Below are positions 1 through 11,624 of a stretch of 64,000 nucleotides of DNA, piece after piece; the first letter of the stretch is position 1; each line of letters opens with the position of its first letter. A program made the translations under genes and the position numbers. Origin of the DNA: Ramazzottius varieornatus (Eukaryota; Animalia; Tardigrada); contig BDGG01000001.1 in NCBI GenBank assembly GCA_001949185.1, forward strand, positions 5,633,527 through 5,697,526, read 5' to 3'. The notes under the pieces were generated by a model. That model was given only the letters and a program-made list of their open reading frames with translations. It made no database searches and was not told where the DNA came from.

Positions 1-375
1 TGTCAACTTAGTTAGCAAAGCTTGGGAAGCAATCAGACCGGAAACGATTGAGAATGCGTTCGTAGGAGCTCAAATTCTTCCTGAACCGACGTATATGCTT
101 TCGGTTGAATTGGTTGAAAACCACAAACAGCTTCTGCAGTTTAGCTTTAGTTCGGTTGAAGAAGACAGTGATGCTGAAGTAGCGGAAGATCCCTCTTTGG
201 AGTACAGCTTTTCGAATGATTATTGATTGAGTAAAACCGAAAAAGTTTGCCCCCGCCAGGTGTAGTTTCCCAGCGCACAAGGGTATATGTCCATGTGTAT
301 CGCGAGAGTACAGTATGTAATTCGCTGTGTATTACCATTGTATAGTACGTCCTTTGAAAGCCACGACAGCCAGGC

Positions 376-642
376 TTATCCAGCCTCGATTTCTACTTGA
401 ATGAACTTTAGAGACTCAAAATTCATTGTTCGTCCGTCTCTGCACCAGACTTTACAGTTGATCCACCGTCCCAACGAAGGTTTTGAAATATGTAGCCGAG
501 CAGCGAATTCTCTGACGGTTACGCCGGTGATTGCCTTCTCAGCATAGTAATCGGCTACAGAGCGACGCTTTTCGGCTTCCGAATAGTACTTTCGGGTCAC
601 CACAAAGGCTTGATCACGATATTGGTAGAGAAGAAAGGACAA
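376..642 (-). other. Short helix-turn-helix ORF, possibly transposase-derived
   Basis: RKYYSEAEKRRSV...TVREFAARLHISKPSLGRW resembles transposase N-terminal HTH domains; no catalytic domain is visible nearby. Confidence 0.35.
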
Positions 643-1011
643 GAGAGAACCATTTCTTATCTCTGCTGAACAGAAATGAACACTCCCCGCTGACTACAGT
701 GCACTCGCTCGATATGCGTACACCGCTGTTCGATTTCAAAATTTTAAGATCATCGTGAACGCAAGAGCGTTCGCCATAAACGTATTTGAGTGTTTTGTTC
801 ATGAACGCAGCGGATGCACATGGTGGAAAACAAATACTTGATTTTCATTCAGCTTAACTGTTTGTGAGCTGTTGACGACGCTTTCTTCCGCTTCTGGTAA
901 GCTGTACACGCACAACGAGATATTATGAGCCAGTAAAAATTATGGACCAAGCCTTTTCGCTACGTCGGCACGGGCAGGTGAATCTTGCTACAAATGAAAA
1001 CCAGCATCGAA

Positions 1012-1252
1012 TGCAGAAGGCTCGGCGAAGCTCAAATAAGCCGCTCTAGCCGTTCTCAGCCGTGGCTAAACATATTTTAGCCACGGCTAGAATGTATTGT
1101 GTGTTTGAATGATTTATTGATGCCAAACTATTTCAGCCGACTCAATATCAATAAATCAATGGAACGCACAATACAGTCTAGCCGTGGCTAAAAGTATTTT
1201 AGCTGCTTTAGCCGCGGCTAAGAACGCCTCAAGCTTCGCCGAGCCTTCTATA
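1012..1252. mobile_element. hAT-like MITE
   Basis: TIR AGAAGGCTCGGCGAAGCT (1015-1032) / AGCTTCGCCGAGCCTTCT (1232-1249); internal TAGCCGTGGCTA palindromes; 8-bp direct repeat GCATCGAA at 1004-1011 and 1253-1260. Confidence 0.8.
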
Positions 1253-1330
1253 GCATCGAAGGCTGCACTGCTGCACGTGCTGGACATTGGGCAGAGGAGC
1301 TGAAACTTGTCATATTACTATTTTATATGA

Positions 1331-1488
1331 TACTGTATTCCCCCAATATATTCGCGAACCCCGTTACTCGTGGCGCCACCTACAGGACATACGTCATACA
1401 TACGCGCCTATCTGTCGTACGTCATGTACGTTGTCGTAGGTGGCGCCATAGGTATCAGGCTTCGCGGAGATATCGGGGGAATACAGTA
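1331..1488. mobile_element. TA-flanked palindromic MITE (Tc1/mariner-type)
   Basis: TACTGTATTCCCCC...TGGCGCCACCTAC pairs with GTAGGTGGCGCCA...GGGGGAATACAGTA. Confidence 0.75.
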
Positions 1489-2629
1489 TTGTGTGGTATC
1501 TTCGGCACAACGTAGGACGGTGCTGCGCGGAACTTTGAAGACCGGAGCTGCTTCGCGTAATCCCATTCTATTCTCGACAGCAGATAGCGCGTCCTTCGGG
1601 GCTTCTTTGGTGTATCATCGAGGCTGCTTGGTCTTGAAGGGCTGGATATACTCAAAAACCTTTACGGAAAGGATATCGAGACAGCGAGTCCAGAGCTTTT
1701 CCGAGAGAAAGTCGAATAGCCATGCACAACAGCGGAAAAGCATAAGAGTGAAATAGCTGATCGGGTGACTGCCGCTGTCCATGACAATTTTCTACGGTTG
1801 AATTTACGGCGTTACGTCGTTTGTCCGATTCTGTTGCTGGCTTCCATACAAAATGTAAATTTGCCGTCTTTTCCGCCTGGCCCATAATTTTTACTGGCTC
1901 ATAATATCTCGTCGTGCTTGTACGGTAAACGTTTGACTGGTGCCAAATAGAAATCGAAGAGTGATGTACACATCTCGAACGATTGAACTGTACCGGCACA
2001 GAGGTATCAGCTGTTCCCGGCTGGCAGCCTCAGTCAGAAAAGACCGTGACCGGGGTTTGTTTTACGCTGAGGAGGACCCAAACATGTCTCACTTCATTGG
2101 CAGTTTAAAGTACAAGCGCAGCGGTGAAATCGAAACGTTGCGAGCTCCCCTTCGTGGACTTCGTACGTTTCGCCGTTACGGGCGTAAAGAGTCGGAGAGC
2201 GCTTCTGACCTCCAAATGCGTCCCGTGTACATGTTCACCCATCATGGGAGTTCTTTGGTGATGAAAATTAGGAGGAAGAATCAGCTTGGACAGTACTTTT
2301 CGGGGAACCCAGTTTGAGTTGCGCGCTAGATGCAAGTTACTCTCCTGCAGTGACGTCATAATTTAACAAGAAAGGGGTGGGACCGGGCGCAGCCACTAGA
2401 CAGCAAACGTTACAGCACCCGCTCCATGCCGTATCAGGTTGCTTAAAGGATCCCGAGTCGTACTGGGACTTCCGGGAAAGTTTTTCGAAAAACGGCGATA
2501 TCGATCAATCCTCACGATTAAAAAATGTGGCCACAGACAGTGTTATTTTAATCGGTTGGAATTTTCTGTGAATTTTGGCGAACGAAATTCAAAAGTACGA
2601 GGTTCTTGCAGGAAAGTTTACCGGCCATA

Positions 2630-2758
2630 GTCCGCGCAGCACGTCGTCGTATAAGTGGAGTACAGCCCCGGTCTGGCCTTACTACTTGTTCAACCCCTTC
2701 GGAGCTGCGTCCTCACCTACGTGGACGTGCTGAGCGGACGCACCAAATTTTCACGGTG
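2630..2758. mobile_element. Degenerate MITE, same family as 41537-41664 and 60453-60602
   Basis: GTCCGCGCAG...AGTACAGCCCCGGTC...GTTCAACCC...GCGGACGCA shared with those copies. Confidence 0.6.
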
Positions 2759-3159
2759 CGTAAGTTTCGTCTCTAACGTAGCATACTGTACGGTGATTGT
2801 TTATCAGCCTCAAAATGAAATCGGATAATTTTTGTCCGAATTTCGAGCGAGCGGACTCAGTGATGGACCCCTACACTTTTAATTCTTTTTAGCAAGTGGA
2901 AATTCGTACGTCTAGCGGTTCTGGGTCGGGAGGTCGGTTTGAGCTGCGTTAGAGATCATCGGAACGGTTCGGTTTGGTTCGGTTCGCCATACATTTGAAA
3001 TTCGACTGCTAAGAAGAGTTAAAATTGTATGAGCTACTGCTGAGCAGACTGTACCGTATTGCTTCACGATCTTCATGAACTGACGTCACAGCAAGCGTTT
3101 ACTGGATGCGTTATCATACCGGTAAACTCTACGTGTATGGTAACGCTTGTGCGTCAAGT

Positions 3160-5904
3160 TCATGAAGGGTTACATACGGTACTATTGACTTGTTTATCGT
3201 GTTGTGTGGCTTTGATACTTCGGTACTCGGCGCTGATGGAAATCTGCGACGGATATGCGGACACACACGCGTTTTGCGGTACGATGCGGATATTCAGTCC
3301 GTTCGGGCAATAAGGCTGCGTAAACACCACCACTTGGGACGTTTTTGTACAGGAAAGCTCGACTTTACTTGGGTGAATGGATAGGCTGCTGACCATATCC
3401 GGGAGACCCGACACCGGCCGATACACAAAAGAAGGGAAACTTTGCGCGTAGGTGTTCGTCAGCAGGACCGATCTCGTCATCTCATTCAAATCACCCGTCA
3501 CCTTGGTTTCACTGATGTCCGTCATATTGATCCACTTGTCCTGGCTCGCACCTGTGACTGTCAACGGACCGTTCAACACCATGCTAATGCTGTTTTTCTG
3601 ATCGACCGGCGACCAAAGTCTCCCCAGGATCTTGAAAGACTCTCCTACGTCGATGTTGTGCTGAGGATCGTTCCCGCTGACAATGAACGAACTCCATGGG
3701 CAATCGCTCAATTTTATGCTGTCATCCAAGTTGATCAACTCGTGATCGACATTGATGTATGACTTTTGGGTGATGGCCAACGGAGACCCGCCGATCGTGA
3801 TGACGAATGGCCGATCGAAGCGGTCGACCCATAACGCGCTGTCGGACGGAGCGACCTTGTGCAACTGGACGACTTTCTTCGCAATGGGATTGCCATAGTA
3901 TATTCCATTGTTGCTGGTGATAAAAAACATCGAACCACCGGTGAGAAAGCGCGCGGAGCGCGTGCTATCCATTGTTGCTGTTGGAGTCGCCGCTTGGAGA
4001 GTTACTGTGTAGGAACGCGCTGCTATGTTCTTCCCGCCTGCGTTCACTGTCTGATTGGGATCCTGAATCAAATTTGAAAGATTAGTTGCATCAATAGTTT
4101 CTTATCAGAGCCGTATGTTGGATGTTTCTCCTTACCTTGCTGGCTGTAAACATTTGTGAAGTGAAAGTGATCAGTAGAGCAGGGTCATCTCCGAACAACG
4201 TATGCAAACGAAACTTGTTGAAAGCCGGTACTCCGGAAGACAGGTTGAACGACCAAGGACCAGTAAAGATCAGGTTGGCGTAATTCACTGCACTAACTCC
4301 AGGATCCTTCCAGTAATAAAACACGCTAACTGTTCCTATTGCACCATCCGTATTATACGTCATAAAATAGAATCCCGGTCTTCCAGGTGTCTTGTCGAGT
4401 ACCACATCCACCAACGTGTCGTTCTGGCCCAGCCACTCTGATCTAATCTGCTGAGTCCAGTACTCCTTCGGCGATCCGGTCGTTGTACCCCATACTACTG
4501 TGTCATTGTTCCATGCCAGGTAACCGTCTCTTACCGCGTTCTGTGTTCCGGAGAGACACCATTGGTGAGTACGGAGACCCAGAAAGGCGCTCACGCTCAG
4601 ATCCATCCTCGTCGCCTGACCTGTTGTGGTGTTTTTGTGAATGAGATACAGTGTTCCAGATGTCGGACTTTGTTCGCTGCCGTCAGTCAAGAAGATGACG
4701 TACGAGTTGGTTACGACTAAATTGCTCAGTTTAGCGGTAGACAAAGTCCCGAGTTGTACGTTGAGAGGAAATGTTGTCGTGAACTCGTCGTTTGTATAGA
4801 TACACCCGTCATTCTGTCTACACATGATGGCGAAGTTGGTGTTACATGGCGCAAAGCGGATGGACGTGTCAGGAACCCACGTGAGAGTAGTTTTTGAGTC
4901 CAAGGTCGATGGAAATGAAAATTTTGGTCGAGAAATGGTTTGCCTCGAATCACCCACCGTAAAGCCGAACTTATCCTGTTTTCCCACTGACGACACCAGT
5001 ATTTTCGTCTGATAGGCCAAGTCAACAAAGCCTCCATTGAGAGGAACACCAGGTGTACCGTTGAGTGCACGGTGATATCCATAACGGTCATTGGTGGTTC
5101 TGTTGCAGATAAACGTGAAGTACGAGCTATCGTTATTCCAACTCGGTGGTATACTAGTGTTGCAGTAATAAAAGATATCGTACTGTTCAACGTAGTTGTT
5201 CTTGATTTTAGGTACGAGACCCATTTGACGGAAGGTCCGTGTAAGCGCAGCGTCGTTGGGCGTGGGTGTGACCGAACCGTGAAAGCTGCTCGTTAGCTGA
5301 AGGTACTGGTCGATGTTGAACGTGGGCATAGCAGCGGTCAAGTCGCCAAGAGATTGACCAATCACCCATACCCGGAAGACCATGTAGTCGTTCTTCCATT
5401 CTCGATCGACTGTAGTTGTGGCAGGTGACGTGGAGTTATCCGTGATGACTGGGACGGCATACCATGCGTAGAGGTCTTGGCAATAGTCGATGTTGACACG
5501 AACTTCGAGCGGGTCACTGGTGGCAGGTGTACCGACCAAAAGGTAGGTTTGCGGTTTACTACAGCGTAATATTCCGGTTGTGCTGTTACTGACAGACGAG
5601 CAAAGGCCCGTCGGTGTGGCGGTCCATGTGTAGGTCGTACCACTCGTCACAGGAACAACTTTGAACTACCGAAAAGAAACCTGTCTTTTGCAAGACTGCG
5701 GTGATTAAGCCAAAGGTCTTTAGAGTAGAGCCGAAAACACTATTGACTTACGGGAACGTTGGAGCAAGTTCTGGTGGGATCTCCTCCTAGACTATACAGG
5801 TCGTACGGAGGTGGAGCTTGCAACGTAGTTTGCGGAAGCCAGAGAATTGTGATCACGAATACGATATCAAAAACGGAATAAACAGACAACCCAGTATGAG
5901 TCAT
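3160..5904 (-). CDS. CatSper auxiliary subunit epsilon-like protein (C-terminal part not found)
   Basis: Exons 5904-5752, 5665-4136 and 4062-3160 joined by phase-0 GT-AG introns give ~860 aa with a hydrophobic N-terminus. Motifs LRCSKP, AWY, FRVW, LTRTFRQMGLVPKI, APC..AI...YTNDEF, GLRTHQWC, CPW...IDVGE and YCPNG occur in the same order as in CATSPERE as I recall it. Confidence 0.65.
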
Positions 5905-7088
5905 CTCATCTCAGAGAAAAAACAGAAAACATACAGCTTATTAACATCCTTGTTTTCTCGCTGTCATCTTGCCTAACAGTTCAAAAAGTGGTCGGACGTC
6001 AGCAAATCGATGCACGAATGTCTTCAGATTCCACAATGGTCTCCAGCAGATTACCTAAGCTCTGAGATCGGGATGTGTAACTACATCGCCAGTGGCATTC
6101 TTCGTCATCCCGCGTAGCAACTGTCTCCACTCCTGCGCACAATCCTGGGTCCATGAAGAGACGGAGCAACTATAAAATCCGGCCAGTTTGGTCAGGTGGC
6201 GCCACCTCGATCCGTGCAGTATCGTAAACCGTCGGCGAGAAGGAATTAGTAAATAATGATTAAGGAACAGAGTTCTCTGTTCGCATTCCCGCAAGTAATT
6301 TTTATTGAGCAGAATATCAAAAGAACAAAACCAGTAGTTCTAAGGGACATCAATCATTCCAGGCATCGAGTATGGGCAGCCCCAAAGGCAAAAAAGACTT
6401 TGGTGGTCATCGTGCCTGTTTAGAGCTTGCTTCTTTTCCCTATTGGAAACAAGGGTCAGAAAGTTCGCAGCATACTAGAATCGTATGCGTAACAGCCCTG
6501 ATTAGGAAACAGTGTTCCGGTCGGAATAGGGTCGGATACTAGGTGAAAACTAGGTGGAAGCAGACTAAAATCATTCTTTCTTACCCATTTCATGGATTTT
6601 TCCTTGTAAAATCAAACTTTCTAGATGTTTTCAGACCAAAACACTGTTTCATAATCAGACCTATTACGCATATGATTCTAGCAAAAATCACACTTCTTGT
6701 ATCAATCGAGTTTAGAAACATTATCAATGTTAAATCGAAAAAATTTGCCAGTCTGAAAGTTTTCATCACTCATCAGCGTTTCAGTCTTTGACATCGCCGG
6801 AAAATTTCCGGCAGCTCCAATGTTTTTGGGTTTACCCTGCTCCATATTCTGGACACTTAAGCCGCATCATGTTATTCCTGGGAAAGCTTCCGTCGCTGGT
6901 GTGATGGAATACTGGCTAGCCGATCAGTCGTCAGGTAAGTTTGTGCAGAACAGATGTGGAAATCGCAACCCGCTACAGCAATATTCAGATAGAACTTCCG
7001 AACAACGCATCGTGCGTGCCTCCCTCCGGCATGTCTGATGCTCGAACAGTTCTCTCTTACCGTATATGTGCTAAGCGTACACGCACAG

Positions 7089-7222
7089 ATTATGGGACAA
7101 GCGGAAAGGACGGCAAAATGGAAATTCGACCGTAGAAACGTGTCGAAAAATGTATTACTGTGAATCGGTCAAGTACGTACGTGCTTTCGTACCGCCGTAG
7201 CGAAAAGACCTGTCCCATAGTT
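7089..7222. mobile_element. MITE, inverted copy of 47467-47619
   Basis: ATTATGGGACA...TGTCCCATAG ends; internal sequence is the near reverse complement of 47478-47608. Confidence 0.75.
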
Positions 7223-7287
7223 TCCCATCGTACGCGCACTGTTGTTCGATAGGAACTCGGAAGTACGTCGTTGGTGGTTCCTACTAA

Positions 7288-7972
7288 CAAGGTAATTATG
7301 CCTGTCCCGACCTCTGGTTGGCTAAAGCGTCCCGGCGAAACGATAGACGAGAGTCTCTCCTATCATCTGAGCTAGGTTGCTAAATCCCCGGACGAGCCTG
7401 GAAGAAACTACTGGACTCGGAAGTGACGTCAAAAACCTACACTGATGACGCAGCAACGTAATCTTCTCTTTGATCTACATCAGATTCAATGACTTTCTAA
7501 TTTTCAGTGTCTTTCTAATTTTTTCAGTGCTGTAATCAACCGTCAGAAGAAGCAAATATTACCTTTGACCGTCTCCATGAATGCCTTGTCAGCTTGGCTT
7601 GGAAAATCGTCTATACGATAATGCAGCCGATAATCCCAGTCCAGGAGCTTGATAACGTCCAGCGGGTTGACAGAAGCCATTTCACAGAAATCAGCGAGCA
7701 GATGACAGAAGATCGGAAAAAACAGAGAGAAGTGGATAAGGTAGGGCAGGCTCAATCAAAAACCCGAGTCAACCATCGAACAATCAGCTCTTGATTATTC
7801 GTTTCTCCGCCTATGCACCGCCCTAATTTTGACGTCACTTACGAGTCCTGCAGTTTCTTTCAGGATCATCGGGGGATTTAGCTACCTAGCTCAGATGATA
7901 GAAGAGACTCTCTTCTATCGTTTTGCCGGCACAGTTTAGCAATCCAGAGGTCGGGACAGCATAATCCTCTTG
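7288..7972 (-). mobile_element. Internally deleted Tc4/Tc5-like DNA transposon
   Basis: ~145-bp imperfect TIRs (CAAG...ATTATGCCTGTCCCGACCTCTGG...GTGACGTCAAAA); TAA on both flanks (7285-7287, 7973-7975); internal first exon MASVNPLDVIKLL homologous to the peptides at ~35018 (-) and 51937 (+). Confidence 0.8.
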
Positions 7973-8255
7973 TAACGTGAGCAAACATTTATCCGTAAAT
8001 AAAGCCACAGGAATGTTTCCTAAGCAATTACTGATCGACTGATTTCATCAAAGATTTATCTTGTCTAAGATTTTTCGGAAATTGTGAATCCGGGCGTACA
8101 TTAACTGGAAACTGCTGTAGTAGTTGAACCAAATCACTCATGTAGTAAGTTACATACATCGATCTTCATGCGTCCTGTGTACTATCGTTTTCACACACCA
8201 ATATCCAGAGAAGCGAACAGAAATGACTAGGTGACATATTGTATCGTTCTGGACC

Positions 8256-9075
8256 ATGGATCGACCATTTTGGCAATTCTGGACGTTACTGCTGCTCGTA
8301 CTCAAGAGTAAGGTAGAAACCTCATTCCCCATGCCGGTTGAGATTTCGTCTTAAAACAATCAGATCTTCTACTTGCAGTCATTGAAGGACTAACCTGCGA
8401 CACATGTAACGAGCCAGGTGAGCCGAAAGGTCCACCATGTGCTAGCTCGGTTTGTGAAGGTGGTAACGATGGATCAGTTTATATTCGGGCCGACTGTGTA
8501 CATCACTCCTGTTTTGATCCTTACTATGGTGTAGGAGACCATAACCCTGCGTCAACGTCGCTTAAAGGCAAGAAAGCCAGTTCGTAGATTTGTACCCACA
8601 TTGTGCGCTGAAACTCCCAGAAATAAAGTTGGTGGGCGTAGGTTCCATTTGGCAAGCTTGCATGACAAAGGTCAAGGCGACAGAGTGGATTGGATGGGCT
8701 GGAATAGGTCACTGTAAATACCTGGAAAAGTCAGGCTCTTTTCCCCAGTTTCCCGGGGATATTATTCGGTTCAATGGGACCCTTTGTGTTTGCAACACGG
8801 ACAACTGCAACGAAGACCCCGACATGGAAAAAGAACAGTATCGAGGACATACGTTACAAGAGCTACAAGCACTCAAGCCCAAAGAATGCAGTAAATGTCC
8901 AGACTGCAAATGCCCTGTGGCAACTTGCCCTTCGAACTCGCCTGGGGAAAGTCCGATAGTGGAAAGTCCGAGCGCTTGTATACCAGTTAACCATACAGGA
9001 CAGTTGTCAACTCCGCCATTTTCCGAAATTTTGTGTATTGTATCTCTTTTTCCTTTGAGTCTCCGTGAAGTCTAA
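8256..9075 (+). CDS. Ly6/uPAR three-finger family protein with Cys/Pro-rich stalk
   Basis: Signal exon MDRPFWQFWTLLLLVLK; exon LTCDTCNEP...CASSVCEG; exon from 8588 with HCALK...CVCNTDNCN; hydrophobic C-terminus. Confidence 0.7.
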
Positions 9076-9712
9076 CGCATTCGAGGTACTCTATGTGTAT
9101 GTATCAAAAGAAGAGAAGATTCGGTTGAAGCAACGCTGACTGAGGTCTGACGGTCAACTGCTACAGCGAAGCACTGCGTTTCCATCTACCGCAACAGTTG
9201 TTGACAAATGTACGAAATTCTGACATTCATCTGCGGTTTCCGCCGCACCGTAGTAGTTACGCATACCAACTGGAGGTACCGCTTTCTTGCAGCTGTACTG
9301 GGCGCTAACCCAACACTTGTACTTGCAGACGCACTTTCTGCCCAAGAACTCGTGATAATTTGGTCTGCGTCAAACAATAGATTCAAAAAAGTCAGCTCTG
9401 CACTTGCAACACCGACAACTGTAACGAAGATTTGGACATGGGATCTAACGGATTCGGAGTGGTCCGTTATTGGGGCGTTCGAATTCTTATATTATGCGTC
9501 CATGTGTACTGTGTCACTCTTTGTTCGGGGTAATAGAAAAATCAAAGACCGATTTTGTTGACAAACATAACCACGATTTTTGATTTCTTTCCCTACTTCG
9601 AGATACGGGAGAATTGTGAACGGACGCGTTTCAGCGATATAATAATATTAAAAAGTACTTAGAGCTTTACGAAATGAGTGCTTGCTTAAGTGTAAATGCC
9701 GGAAGGCTGAAA

Positions 9713-10562
9713 TCACCATAAAGGTCCGCTATCGTAAGCTTGACCACGGATATACGCCTTGGCTCCACCTGGCGAAATACCGGCTGGTGCACGGTTATCC
9801 CGCGCGAGCCTCACGCGCTGCTCGTTATCCGTTGTTCGTGTCTGCTCAGCTGAATGCCTTTGGCTAGCGGTAGCTGCTTCTAGTTCCGATTGTCCCGTTA
9901 ACACATTGAAAGCTGGAAAAGAAATTCCTTACTGTATACAGTTTCCACGGTGGACCTCACACTCAGCAATCTGGTTTTCTTCAGAGTTTGAGAGTACCTC
10001 GGTTAGACTGTCGGTATTTGTTCGTCATGGCAGCTCCTCGAGGTTCTCCAGCACTGGCCAAAACCGTGTCCGTATCATGGTGACCCATTGCTGCCCGTGA
10101 ATGAGACTGTTGATACCGACTGAACATGCTGTCGACAGATTCGTCTGTTTGTCTCTGCGAACAACCATGATCAGACGTGGAAAAACATACAACGATAAAA
10201 GTTGACTTTATGAATTTCATTCGGTTTTACAGTACCCTGTATCGAGGTGTTTGTTGAGGGGACACAGTTGAAGAACCTTGTCGATTGAAGCCTGCATCTT
10301 CGGCAAACCGCACTGAAGCGTCCTGTGCCGAAGGGTACAGCTGCTCCTGGCTCGGTACCTGCGGTGGTCTCACGAAGTCGTGACGGGGAATGGGAGGTTC
10401 TCGGTCAATGTTCCGGTCGTCGACAAATGAACTCTTGGGATATGACGGGTCACTGCCAGCAGCGGGTCTCCTGTCACCGCCAGGCCCATCTTCCTGTACA
10501 GGCAACATGGTACTGCGAGGTCGTGATGCTTCCTGGAAAGAGCGATATTCAACACGGAACAT
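9713..10562 (-). CDS. Small intrinsically disordered protein, weak Jupiter/HN1-like C-terminus
   Basis: Three exons (~10562-10236, ~10156-9997, ~9913-9713) join in frame through GT-AG introns; polar low-complexity composition; ends FNVLTG...PGG...SGPLW. Confidence 0.5.
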
Positions 10563-11624
10563 ACTTATCCTGCAGGACCATCCGACTGTACTTTTGGGGC
10601 GCAAGTGGTGGGAATGCTGTCGAAAATTTGGGACTTCATGTGTTGATTGTGTGCGTGATGCGAACGTATGGAGTGAGAGGGAGACGAGAGCGTCGATGCA
10701 TCGGCCAAAATGTTCATCTTGCTTTCTCCGCCCGGTGGCTGGATCGCCCTAAAATTCAAGAAAGACCAAAATATGAATGTAAGGCGGTACAGTACAAGTC
10801 TGTGGGGGAAATTCTTGAATATTAACGGCTCAGCAAAATTCAGGAGCAACCACCTTCTGCCTTTCCGGTCGGTCATGAATCCGTAGACCGACATACATGG
10901 ATTACAAACAAATACCGAACAAGTCAAATCGAATCCACTGTTCTCGAAGAACGGTATGGAATTGTGAACTTCACCGTCGATGCTGTGATGCCGTAAAGAA
11001 CACCGCTTTGTATTTCGAATCACTGGATGGTATAATTTTGATTCGGTCCAAGTATCCTGGGAAACCGTCTGCAGCCTATGTACTCTGATTTGTCAGTAAA
11101 GTTCAGAAGTTCGAATGAACAGTTTATTCCGCGTAGGAATTTTAGGAAAGCAACGAGATAAAACTAACTAAGAGATGAAGATCCTGAAAGGCACTGTAGA
11201 TGAATATGGGGATACAAAACAAATAAAAAAAACAAATCGTATAACCGAGATCCGCAACCAGAATCTGTTGAACAAAACCGTCATTAGGTACTATAATGCA
11301 CATAGAAATTTAGTCCACAAAATCAATGTATAAAAGGCAAAATCTTCCTTGCCAAATCATGAGCTGCTCTTTCGCCTGGCTTTGGTCTGCATTCTCGTCA
11401 ATTGCTGCACTTCATCGTAATACTGAAGCATAATGCACTTTCTCCCCATCCATTTGTCCGCTACACCAAACCTATGGATGAGAAAAACAAGGAAGAACTG
11501 GAAGAAGATAACTCAACGAGAGACTCAGAGTGACACAGGAGAAAAACACTGACAAGGGAACAAACATTCAGGGAAGACACATTCCACTGTGCAATCCAGA
11601 GAAAGCGTAAATTAAGCTATATAG

